From contig JANMQY010000126.1 of NCBI GenBank assembly GCA_031370785.1, positions 1-26,490 on the forward strand: 26,490 nt of DNA, in the 5' to 3' direction. Shown here one piece after another: positions 7,790 through 16,445 of the stretch. Each line of letters opens with the position of its first letter. The stretch's first letter is position 1. The notes under the pieces are model-generated. The model did no database searches, had not been told where the DNA came from, and saw only the letters and a list, made by a program, of their open reading frames with translations. The stretch comes from Candidatus Eiseniibacteriota bacterium (GTDB lineage Bacteria; Eisenbacteria; RBG-16-71-46). Made by a program: the position numbers and the translations under genes.

Positions 7790-10447
7790 TCAGAAATCCT
7801 CGAGCATCCAGATGTTTCCCTGACCCGTGTTGCTCGTGTATGCGACCCGCTTGCCATCGCGCGAGACGGCCGCGGAGTACATCCACATCTGCGGTGGGAT
7901 CAGAGCTGACGTCCGACCGCGGGCATCGACGTGCAGGAGCCGCCACTGCTCACCGGCCTGGACAATGAGCCAGGAGCGCCCGTCGGAACCGTAAGCGAGG
8001 TTTGCGATCTGGACGGGTCGGTCGAGCCGGATTTCGTGGGGCGGGGCACCACTCGTTGAGAGCATGCGGATGCGCGGAATGGAATCTTGAGACGGGACGA
8101 CCATTGCGATGGTCGAGCCGTCGGGCGAGAGGTCCCACATCAGTTGCTCGTGTCCTTCCGCGCGCGACAGTTCCCGGCCACGTCCTCGCACCGGATCGAA
8201 CGCCGAGAAGATCGCGGAGCCGTTCTGAAGCTCACAGAGCACGGGAGACGTTCCGGTCGCCTGCGGAGATCGAAACGACGCGATGCCTTGGGCGTCGAGC
8301 ACCTTCTCGGCGGGGCCGCCGGCGACCGGGACTCGCATGAGTCGCCCGTTCGCCGGGGCCTTACCCGGGCCTACCGCGTCCTCCTCCCTATAGAGGATCC
8401 ACGCCCGGTCTGGGCTCAGTTGCGGCGAGTACTGGTCTCCCGGGCTGGTCACCAGGGGGTCCGCGACGGCGGCGCCGATCCGCTGCCGGAAGATGTCAAA
8501 CGTGCCATTGCGATCGGAACTGAAAACGATCGTCGAATCATCGGGCATCCAAGCCGGCATCATATCCATGCGATCGTCGAGCGTCACACGTCGGATATCT
8601 TGAAGCAGTGCCCCGGCCGCGGCCATACGTCCCACGTAAATGTCACTCTGGTATTCCAGAACGACGACTGACAGTCGCTTGCCGTTCGTGGAGAATGCGG
8701 TGGGCTCCACCAGCGCGAGGCGCTGCCACTGGGTGATACGCCGCGGACTCCCCGATGGAACTCCCGAGCGCGGATCGACCCGCAGCGACCATAAGTTCAT
8801 GTCGCGCTGGTTGGGCGGCGGATCGGTGAGGCCGAAGACCACCCGTCCATCGGGCAGCCACGCAGGGATCGTATAGAAGTGGAGGGGCCGGTCGGTCGCT
8901 GGAGAGTAAAAGACGCGGGTCCGCCCCGCGAGGTCACAGCTTTCGAGTCGGAGGGTCTGCGCTCCCATGTCGGCACGGCCGTAGCCCAGTCGTTTCCCGT
9001 TCGGCGACCAAACGGCCCACGCGGGAATCACTCCACTGGAATCGTCGCCGGTCACACGCCGGGCGTCCTCGCCGCTTACCCCGGAGACCCAGATCTCAGA
9101 GCCGCGCACCCCACGCCGCTTATAGGCGATGTGCGTGCCATCCGGGGAGAGAACCGCGAACGACGCATCGTCGAGCACCTTGTGCGTGCGGCCGCCGGCC
9201 ACGGGCAGCGTCCACACGGCCGGCCGGCCGTCAGCCATGCGACCGCTGACGAGGAGTTGACTCCCATCCGGAAACCAGTTGATCTGGGGAATCGGATAGT
9301 CGAGCGTCAACCCCGCTGGGAGTTCCATGGGATGGCTCTCGCCGCTCTCGATGGAACGAAACGAAAGACCGCTGCGGTCCACGATTGCCAGAGTCTTGCC
9401 GTCAGGCGAGATATCTCCCGTCAACACCGGGTTGCCGGCGGGGTTCGAGGTCAGTTGCCGCTGCTTGAGTTCGGGAGAAGCCGCCGACTGCCGACGCACA
9501 TACCAGACCACCACGATCGCTGCGGCCAGCGCCAGCACCGTCATCGCGACCGGTAGAACTCGCGACGCTTTGATTGCGGGAGCCGCGGTGGTTGCAGATT
9601 CTCCCGATTGCAGGGCTTCAAGCGCCGCGCGCACCTCGCTGGCTCGCTGGTAGCGCTCCCCGGGCTCCTTCGACAGGCAACGCCCGACAACAGCCCGCAG
9701 CCCCGCCGGGACGCGATCTGGCAGCCCCGTCGGGATGTCATTCATGATCGCCGACGCCAGCTCGAAGCTCGTGGTTCCCCTGAACGGCAGAGTCCCGCTC
9801 GCCATCTCGTGCAGCAGCACCCCCAGCGCCCACAGGTCGCTCCGCTCGTCCGCCATTCCCCCGTGCAATACCTCCGGCGCGAGATAGTGCGGCGTCCCAA
9901 CGACCGCGCCGGTCTCGGTGAGCGCCATGCTCAGGGTGGCGCCGCTTTCATGCGGCGATTCTCGGGCGCGCCGCGCGAGGCCGAAGTCCAGCACCTTCAC
10001 CCGTCCGTCCGCCGTGACCGCCACGTTCGAGCTCTTGAGATCGCGGTGGATCACGTGCCGCTCATGCGCGTGCGCCAGCGCCGATGCGATCTGCGCTCCG
10101 TAGCGCGTAACGTTCTCGATGGGAAAGCCCGTGGGGCGCTCGGCGATCATGTCGCTCAGTGGCTGGCCCTCGATCAGCTCCATCGTGAGGTAGACGTGCC
10201 CATCGGCCTCGCCCACCTCATGCACGGTGCAGATGTTCGGGTGGTTGAGCGTCGCCGCGAGCCGCGCTTCACGCAGCAGCCGAGCGCGGGCCGTTTCGTC
10301 GTGCAACGACTCGGTGGGCAAGACCTTGACGGCGACTTCACGCCCGAGCTTGGGGTCGCGCGCACGGTACACCTCGCCCATGCCGCCGGCGCCGAGCGGG
10401 GCGAGGATCTCGTAGGGGCCCAAGTGAGTGCCTGCGGTCAACGGCAT
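7790..10447 (-). CDS. Ser/Thr protein kinase with one TM helix and TolB/PD40-type beta-propeller (885 aa)
   Basis: LGAGGMGEV, VAVK, HRDLKSSN, DFG, GTPHYLAPE; TM VLPVAMTVLALAAAIVVVWYV; repeated SPDG motifs. Start MPLTAGTHLGPY at 10447. Confidence 0.93.
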   Translation of the reverse strand: MPLTAGTHLGPYEILAPLGAGGMGEVYRARDPKLGREVAVKVLPTESLHDETARARLLREARLAATLNHPNICTVHEVGEADGHVYLTMELIEGQPLSDMIAERPTGFPIENVTRYGAQIASALAHAHERHVIHRDLKSSNVAVTADGRVKVLDFGLARRARESPHESGATLSMALTETGAVVGTPHYLAPEVLHGGMADERSDLWALGVLLHEMASGTLPFRGTTSFELASAIMNDIPTGLPDRVPAGLRAVVGRCLSKEPGERYQRASEVRAALEALQSGESATTAAPAIKASRVLPVAMTVLALAAAIVVVWYVRRQSAASPELKQRQLTSNPAGNPVLTGDISPDGKTLAIVDRSGLSFRSIESGESHPMELPAGLTLDYPIPQINWFPDGSQLLVSGRMADGRPAVWTLPVAGGRTHKVLDDASFAVLSPDGTHIAYKRRGVRGSEIWVSGVSGEDARRVTGDDSSGVIPAWAVWSPNGKRLGYGRADMGAQTLRLESCDLAGRTRVFYSPATDRPLHFYTIPAWLPDGRVVFGLTDPPPNQRDMNLWSLRVDPRSGVPSGSPRRITQWQRLALVEPTAFSTNGKRLSVVVLEYQSDIYVGRMAAAGALLQDIRRVTLDDRMDMMPAWMPDDSTIVFSSDRNGTFDIFRQRIGAAVADPLVTSPGDQYSPQLSPDRAWILYREEDAVGPGKAPANGRLMRVPVAGGPAEKVLDAQGIASFRSPQATGTSPVLCELQNGSAIFSAFDPVRGRGRELSRAEGHEQLMWDLSPDGSTIAMVVPSQDSIPRIRMLSTSGAPPHEIRLDRPVQIANLAYGSDGRSWLIVQAGEQWRLLHVDARGRTSALIPPQMWMYSAAVSRDGKRVAYTSNTGQGNIWMLEDF

Positions 10448-10578
10448 CGCGTCAATCTGCCTCAAGCACTTGAAGGATAGAAGGCTGCATGCTCGCGATG
10501 GAGACGGTGTCGCCGATGTCGCCCCAAAGAACCGTGACCACCGAGTAGGGAGTAGGGACCGCCGCTCAGACCGCCGAA

Positions 10579-10597
10579 CCACGAGCCGGCGACTGTG
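10579..10597 (-). repeat. 19-bp copy of the tRNA -10 box/leader
   Basis: CCACGAGCCGGCGACTGTG identical to 246-264. Confidence 0.8.
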
Positions 10598-10598
10598 C

Positions 10599-10881
10599 CT
10601 ATTCGACGACCATCCGGGATGACTTTCGTTGCCCTCGCGCGTTCAACGAATAGAAATAGATACCCGCCGGCACCTGGCGTCCGCGGTCGTCGCGGCGGTT
10701 CCACAGGGCTGAATGCTGACCCGAGGGCAAGAACCCGTCAGTCCGCCCTGCTCACGGGATCCGACGCATCCGTTGTGAAGCTGTACCGGTGAATCAACCC
10801 GGCTTCAGAAACATGCTGAAAGAACGAGTTGGAAAGCGCGACAAGAACCAGACAGAGCAGGATCTTTCTCGGAACGGCCAT
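10599..10881 (-). pseudogene. Internally deleted secreted protein: signal peptide and LamG-like start fused to a FlgD-Ig-type C-terminal tail
   Basis: RBS AGAGG, then MAVPRKILLCLVLVALSNSFFQHVSEAGLIHRYSFTTDASD (stop at 10738). Another frame continues DGFLPSGQHSALWNRRDDRGRQVPAGIYFYSLNARGQRKSSRMVVE*. Not in the ORF track. Confidence 0.7.
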
Positions 10882-11076
10882 GTGAAGACCTCTTTCTCAC
10901 GCGAGTGGTCGCGCTCAGACGAAGAGCCGTCTCGTGGCTGCAGGTGTAGCGGTTGTGTCCCAGGTGACGATGGCGCCGACGCAAGAACTGGAGCTCCTTT
11001 CGAGGTCGCAGGACCAGAGAATAGATCCCGTGGGGCCATTCCCTTACCCATTTCTTGCGATCCGCTTGCCCCGCTG

Positions 11077-11630
11077 ACGAGAACGCCGAGGTGCGCGAGC
11101 GGCGCGACCAGTTCCGGCATCCGCGCTACGCAGCACCCGAGATGCTCGCCACGCGGCCGAACGAGCTCTGGAGCTGGGACATCACGCGACTGCTGGCCCC
11201 ACCAAGTGGACCTACTACTACCTCTACGTGGTGCTCGACGTGTTCAGCCGCTATGCGGTGGGCTGGATGCTGGCGCAGCGCGAGTCCGCGGCGCTCGCTG
11301 AGAAGCTGATCGCCGAGAGCTGCGAGCGGCAGCGCATCGTACCGGGACAGCTCACCGTGCACGCCGACCGTGGCGCGGCGATGATCTCGAAGCCCGTCGC
11401 GCTGCTGCTGGCCGACCTCGGCGTCACCAAGAGCCACTCGCGGCCGCACGTCTCGAATGACAACCCGTTCTCCGAGTCGCAGTTCAAGACGATGAAGTAT
11501 CGGCCCGACTTCCCCGAGCGCTTCGGCTCGATCGAACATGGGCGCAGCTTCGCAGCCGACTTCTTCCGCTGGTACAACCACGAACACCATCATGTCGGGC
11601 TCGGGCTGTTCACGCCGAACGACGTGCATC
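11077..11630 (+). mobile_element. IS3-family transposase (rve core) pseudogene, truncated at both ends
   Basis: PNELWSWDIT / frameshift near 11197 / YLYVVLDVFSR, HADRG, SRPHVSNDNPFSESQFKTMKY, WYNHEHHH. No OrfA and no terminal IRs seen. Confidence 0.85.
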
Positions 11631-11776
11631 CGCCGGGAGGCGATCGGGCGTGGTAGCATGAAAGTCTCGCTGGACAGGCCGTCCCACGCCCCTTGCCTCG
11701 GCGAAATCATCGGGTCGAACGCGTGCCACGACCGGCCTGTGCCGTCGAGATGACTTTCCAAAGTTAGGATGACCGC

Positions 11777-12766
11777 ATGACTTCATGGCTCAAGCTGTTC
11801 TGGACTACGCTGGCCATCCTCGGCTTCGCAGCCATCCTGCCCGCGCCAGTCGGGGCGCAGTGTCCCGCCTACCTCACCCAGTGGGGCTCGCTCGGTAGCG
11901 GCAGTGGGCAGTTCCAAGATGCCTACGGAGTGGCGACAGACGTCGCGGGCAACGTCTACGTCGCGGACACCGGCAACCACCGCATCCAGAAGTTCAGCGG
12001 CACCGGCGCCTATCTCACTCAGTGGGGCTCTCCTGGCAGCGGCGACGGACAGTTCAACAATCCCAGGGGAGTGGCGACGGACGCCGCCGGCAACGTCTAC
12101 GTCGCGGACAACTTCAACCACCGCATCCAGAAGTTCAGCGGCACCGGCACGTACCTCACCCAGTGGGGCTCGTACGGCAGCGGTGATGGGCAGCTCACCT
12201 ATCCCTTCGGAGTGGCGACCGACGGCACCGGCGTCGTCTATGTCGCGGACCAGTACAACCACCGCATCGAGAAGTTCACCGACACCGGCACCTACCTCGC
12301 CCAGTGGGGCTCGTCCGGAAGTGGCGCCGGGCAGTTCAACTATCCCCTCGGAGTGGCGACCGACGCCGTCGGCGACGTCTATGTCGCGGACACCTACAAC
12401 CACCGCATCCAGAAGTTCACCGGCACCGGCACGTACATCACCCAGTGGGGCTCGTATGGCAGCAGTTCTGGACTGTTCGCCTATCCCCTCGGAGTGGCGA
12501 CCAACGCCGCCGGCGACGTCTTCGTCACGGACGCCGACAACTTCCGCATCCAGAAATTCACCAGCACCGGCTCTTACTCGTGCGAGTGGGGCTCGCTGGG
12601 AAGCGGCAATGGGCAGTTCAACCAGCCCAGTGCCGTGACGACGGACGCCGTCGGCGACGTATACGTCACGGAGAAATTTGGCAACCACCGCATCCAGAAG
12701 TTTCACCACACGGCGACGCCCACAAAGACCTCGACCTGGGGACGGCTTAAGAGCCTCTACCGGTGA
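11777..12766 (+). CDS. Secreted NHL-repeat six-bladed beta-propeller protein (329 aa)
   Basis: Signal peptide; six 47-aa repeats (QWGS.GSG.GQF..P.GVATD..G.VYVAD..NHRIQKF); C-terminal TPTKTSTWGRLKSLYR. Confidence 0.93.
   Translation: MTSWLKLFWTTLAILGFAAILPAPVGAQCPAYLTQWGSLGSGSGQFQDAYGVATDVAGNVYVADTGNHRIQKFSGTGAYLTQWGSPGSGDGQFNNPRGVATDAAGNVYVADNFNHRIQKFSGTGTYLTQWGSYGSGDGQLTYPFGVATDGTGVVYVADQYNHRIEKFTDTGTYLAQWGSSGSGAGQFNYPLGVATDAVGDVYVADTYNHRIQKFTGTGTYITQWGSYGSSSGLFAYPLGVATNAAGDVFVTDADNFRIQKFTSTGSYSCEWGSLGSGNGQFNQPSAVTTDAVGDVYVTEKFGNHRIQKFHHTATPTKTSTWGRLKSLYR
11879..12700 (+). repeat. 141-bp intragenic tandem repeat, 6 copies
   Basis: (C/G)AGTGGGGCTC at 11879, 12020, 12161, 12302, 12443 and 12584. 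Confidence 0.9.
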
Positions 12767-12978
12767 TCTGGAGTGACGGGCGTCAACGACGCAGTCGGGG
12801 CGATTGGGTTCGCTCACGAGGCCACTAGTTCACAGTCGCTGTTCAGTAAATCTATGAAGCCAGTGTCTCAAAGTCGTTGACAGATTCCGAAGGCTCGAGT
12901 GTGAACAACCTCCTGAGACTTCACACCTAGAGGCAACGACGAGGAGTTCGGCGGGCCCGTCGCCACTGCGATCCTCAT

Positions 12979-13329
12979 TTACCGTCTATTACGAAGCAGC
13001 CTCAAGACTCCCCTGACGCCGTAGAAGATTCCAGCGCCCCAGAGGAAGCTGTTCCCGCCAATCCAGAATTGGACGGCCAGCCGCCTCCAGCCGTAGTTCC
13101 CTGGTCCGAAGGGTCCGAAGATTGCGTCGTGGATGGTCACCAAAGGAAAGCCAAGGACACTCTTCCAGGCCTCCGCGCCTGGCACTAGCGGGGGCTCGCC
13201 GGCGCCGGGCTCGCTAAGCGAGACCGCGATGTAGGAGCCGACAAAATGAAGCAAGGTCACGACCGCGATCAGCACGTGCATCCCAGACCACACTCTCCTT
13301 CCCTTCGCCGGTCGAGATTTGCTGGTCAT
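12979..13329 (-). CDS. Small hypothetical membrane protein (116 aa)
   Basis: RBS-like AGGGG; two or three hydrophobic segments; no family recognised. Confidence 0.7.
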   Translation of the reverse strand: MTSKSRPAKGRRVWSGMHVLIAVVTLLHFVGSYIAVSLSEPGAGEPPLVPGAEAWKSVLGFPLVTIHDAIFGPFGPGNYGWRRLAVQFWIGGNSFLWGAGIFYGVRGVLRLLRNRR

Positions 13330-13424
13330 AAGCCCCTACCGAAGTGCCCGATGGACATGAGTCTTCCCACCTCTCGCATCACCGCCTCATCCGACAACCT
13401 CGCGTACCGGATCGCGACGCGCTC

Positions 13425-13530
13425 TCACCGCCTCGTGAACTTGAGGTGCACCACCCCGGGCGCCGCGACCGTTTCGCACCAGCTCGAGACCGTGCAGGTT
13501 GGTGCCGACGCTTCACCGGAAGAGCCATCG
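13425..13530 (-). pseudogene. C-terminal remnant of a dihydrofolate reductase/RibD-C family protein
   Basis: LF..VGTNLHGLELVR / TVAAPGVVHLKFTRR* across frameshifts. Confidence 0.55.
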
Positions 13531-13571
13531 ATCGGCCGATCCTCCCCTCGCGGAGGCCGCGCCACTCGACC

Positions 13572-14156
13572 TCACTGGCCGAGCCCAATTTGCTTCATGA
13601 ACTCCCCGTTGTCCCAGAACAGGAACTCCTCGAACATGATGCCCTCCTTGTTCCAATGGCCGATGGTCGCCATCGGAATCCGGTAGGCCTTGCCGGTCGG
13701 CTCGATGGTCTTGCCGTCCGCGAGAACCATGGGTTTGGTGAAGGTGCCTTCGAGCCAGCCGGTGACCGCAGTCCATTGACCATCCTGAGTACCGAAACGG
13801 ATCGGATGCTCCTTGATCCGATTGTCGGGCGCGAACGTCCACATGTACTTCAGATCCTCAATGTGTTTTTCGATTCCCTGCGTCGTGTGGCCATCTGGCC
13901 AGTGAACGATGACGTCCTTGGTATGGGACTTGTGGAGATCCTGCCACTGCTGGTTCGTGTACACGCGAAAGTCGAGGTCATCGAAGTTCGCCAGGTTCTT
14001 CGCGAGCACGGCTGGCATGCCTGGAACCTTGGTAGTCGGCCCACCGACCTTGGTGCCGGGCCACTTGTCACTCTCCGCGGCCCCTGCCAGGCCGAACATG
14101 AAGCTCCCGAAAACCATGCAGAGTGCGACGCCGGAAACACGCGTCTTCCAGGTCAT
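13572..14156 (-). CDS. Secreted SnoaL-like ester cyclase family protein (194 aa)
   Basis: RBS AAGGAG; signal peptide; FDDLDF...VHWPDGHTT.G...GTFT.PM...PTGK...EEFLFWD. Confidence 0.88.
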   Translation of the reverse strand: MTWKTRVSGVALCMVFGSFMFGLAGAAESDKWPGTKVGGPTTKVPGMPAVLAKNLANFDDLDFRVYTNQQWQDLHKSHTKDVIVHWPDGHTTQGIEKHIEDLKYMWTFAPDNRIKEHPIRFGTQDGQWTAVTGWLEGTFTKPMVLADGKTIEPTGKAYRIPMATIGHWNKEGIMFEEFLFWDNGEFMKQIGLGQ

Positions 14157-14252
14157 GACTGGCTCCTTTCTTCGGTCGCTCACGACCGATAGACTTTCCA
14201 CCCGCCGAAGATCACGCGACGACCTCTGAGACTCGACAACGGACTGAACCCG

Positions 14253-14690
14253 TCAGCCGATCCGCTCCGCAAGCTCGATGATGATTCCCTCCGGGCCGCG
14301 GACGTAGCAGAGCCGATAGATGTCCTTGTAGCGCTCCAGCTCGCCGACGAGTTCAGCGCCGCGGGCTCGCAGGCCGGCAACGACGGCGTCGATGTCCTCG
14401 ACGGCCAATGCGATGTGGCGGATACCCGGGGTGTTGGCCGGCGCGTGCCGGTTGTCGCCCTGGCTTGGCGGCGAATGGAATTTCGCGAGCTCGAGTCGTC
14501 CGTTGCCGTCCGGAGTTTGCATCATCGCAATGTCCGCCCGTACGCCCTCGAGCCCCACGATCCGGTCCACGCATCGGCCCGAGACGGGCATCTCGCCCTG
14601 CAGCACGAGTCCGAGCTCGACGAAGAATTCGATCGCGGCCGCGAGGTCGTCAACCACGATGCCGACGTGGTCCATCCGTTGGACAGCCAT
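14253..14690 (-). CDS. VOC/glyoxalase family protein (145 aa)
   Basis: MDHVGIVVDDL, RLEL, GIRHIA, YVRGPEGIIIELAE. Confidence 0.92.
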   Translation of the reverse strand: MAVQRMDHVGIVVDDLAAAIEFFVELGLVLQGEMPVSGRCVDRIVGLEGVRADIAMMQTPDGNGRLELAKFHSPPSQGDNRHAPANTPGIRHIALAVEDIDAVVAGLRARGAELVGELERYKDIYRLCYVRGPEGIIIELAERIG

Positions 14691-14712
14691 GTAGCGAGGG
14701 TACAGGCAGGCG

Positions 14713-15110
14713 CTACGAGAAGACACTGCCCGGCCCCAGGACGAGCACGAACACGAGCAGAACCGTCACGGCCATCCCGATCCATGCGCGGCTCCGATCC
14801 ATTGCGAGTGGCGTGTCCGGCGTCCCGGGCGCCGCGGGTCGCGGCAACGCCGGATACCAGGCGAGCAGCGACGTCCCGCCGAACGAGCGCCGAAGAGCAC
14901 ATTCGCGACACTGCCGGCGGCCGAGATCAGGCGCTGCGCAGTGGCGGACGCCGTCGATTCGTCATGATTGAAGAGGATCGCGTTGAACATCGTCGGTCGC
15001 GCGCCGAGGAGGAGCACGGCGCCGCCGTGGCCGAGACCCTTGTGGACGAGGTTGGCGAGCGGATAGGCGAGCGCGGCAATGGCGATTCCCGTCGGGGTGT
15101 CGATCGAGTC
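14713..15110 (-). pseudogene. Internally deleted membrane protein with a degenerate HExxxH-type motif (peptidase M50-like)
   Basis: N-part LANLVHKGLGHGG...ISAAGSVANVLFG is joined out of frame near 14888 to C-part SFGGTSLLAWY...WIGMAVTVLLVFVLVLGPGSVFS*. Confidence 0.6.
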
Positions 15111-15120
15111 CGCCGAGGGC

Positions 15121-15225
15121 AGCTCCAGCTCGTGATGTTCATGAAGAATCTCGGGTTGCTTGGCGGGGCGCTGCTCATCGTCTACTTCGGTGCCGGCCCG
15201 ATCAGTGTCGACGCACGGCAAGGAC
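15121..15225 (+). pseudogene. C-terminal remnant of a DoxX-family membrane protein
   Basis: QLVMFMKNLGLLGGALLIVYFGAGPISVD is a typical DoxX tail. No N-terminus. Confidence 0.75.
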
Positions 15226-15316
15226 GAGCGTACGTTCGTCGTGGGCGCGCTGTTCAACGGCGCAGCCATCGCCGCAGTGCGAATGGCGTGTCCAAGCTGA
15301 GGTTCTTCACCACGGT

Positions 15317-16408
15317 TTACCGGCGTCCGGCGGAGTCAGGCAGGCTCCACGCATCGAACACGCTGCGCGCGGCCCGCGCGATCAGCGTTTCGGCTCGGCG
15401 CACCGAGCCGCGAGGCCCCCCGACGAGGACGGCGACCGCCACGTCGCCGCCGTTCGGAAGGCGGATGACGCCGACGTCGTTGATCGCCACGGTGACCCCG
15501 CTCGACGTGCCGCCCGTGCCGGTCTTGCGCGCGACGTGCGTACCCTTGGGCAAGAGCGCCGGCAATCGATGAGGTGCCGTCCTGCAACGCGCGAGGACCG
15601 ACTTCAGCGTATCGGTCATCGCCGCGGACAGCAGCTCGCCGTGCCACAGACGTTCGAGCAGGTGGACGCAGGCCTCGGCCGTGCCCGTGTCGCGCGGATC
15701 GAGCAGCATCGCCTGCGCAGCGCTGTCGCGACTCGCGTCCGGGACACCGGCGCGCAGCTCTCGGATCTCTTCCGCGGACCCCATCGTATCGGCGCCGGCG
15801 GGCAATCCGTACCAATCGTCCCCAAGACCTCGCTCGGTGCGGTCGACGCGCAGGTCGTGAATCCCGTGTTGCTCGAGCCACGCGGTCACGGCGAGCGGAC
15901 CGCCGACGAGACGCATCAGGGCATCCGCCGCGCTGTTGTCGCTTCGCGTGGTCATGAGGTCGAGGAGCCTGTAAAGGCGGACCGGGCCTCCCCCGCGCGG
16001 GTAGCGATCGCCGAGCTCTCCCCTCGGATGCATGTCGTGAGCGAGCAGTGTGATGGGTGTGTTCAACGACCATCGTCCGTGGTCCACTCCATAGAGCACG
16101 ACGACGGCCACGGGCAGCTTGACCACGCTCAGCAGCGGAATGCGGGTGTTCGCGTTGACGCGCGCGACGGTACCGTTGCCCAGGTGTTTCGCCATGATCG
16201 AGCAGAGCCCGGGGGCGCCACTCGCGATGGCTCGCAGCCGCGCCTCGAGCAAGGTGTCTGTGTGCTCGGGATACCAATCGACGATCGGTGTCGCCACCGC
16301 TCGGGTCTTCCCGGCGTCACGCGGGCGGGGCCGCCCCGCGGGACGGAACGCGAGCCACGCCGCGAGCAACACGACGGCGGTCACTGCAAGCGCTGCCGCG
16401 CGCTTCAT
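15317..16408 (-). CDS. bla: Class A serine beta-lactamase family protein (363 aa)
   Basis: N-terminal signal/anchor; SVVK (SxxK), SDN, DRTE (E166 equivalent), KTG. Confidence 0.85.
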   Translation of the reverse strand: MKRAAALAVTAVVLLAAWLAFRPAGRPRPRDAGKTRAVATPIVDWYPEHTDTLLEARLRAIASGAPGLCSIMAKHLGNGTVARVNANTRIPLLSVVKLPVAVVVLYGVDHGRWSLNTPITLLAHDMHPRGELGDRYPRGGGPVRLYRLLDLMTTRSDNSAADALMRLVGGPLAVTAWLEQHGIHDLRVDRTERGLGDDWYGLPAGADTMGSAEEIRELRAGVPDASRDSAAQAMLLDPRDTGTAEACVHLLERLWHGELLSAAMTDTLKSVLARCRTAPHRLPALLPKGTHVARKTGTGGTSSGVTVAINDVGVIRLPNGGDVAVAVLVGGPRGSVRRAETLIARAARSVFDAWSLPDSAGRR

Positions 16409-16445
16409 CGCTGAGGCATCCAGCGTCGAGTGAGAAGCACAGCCT

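Noticed and set aside
10913..10927. GCTCAGACGAAGAGC resembling the tRNA D arm
   Set aside because: Only a 9-bp exact match, on the opposite strand, with no acceptor or anticodon arm around it.
11879..12700. CRISPR array or DGR template/variable repeat
   Set aside because: The repeats are in-frame 47-codon NHL blades with no unique spacers. No cas or reverse transcriptase gene is in the window.
12815..12839. CACGAGGCCAC (= 7702-7712) and CACAGTCGC matching tRNA leader pieces
   Set aside because: 9-11 bp matches in inconsistent orientations; compatible with chance in GC-rich DNA.
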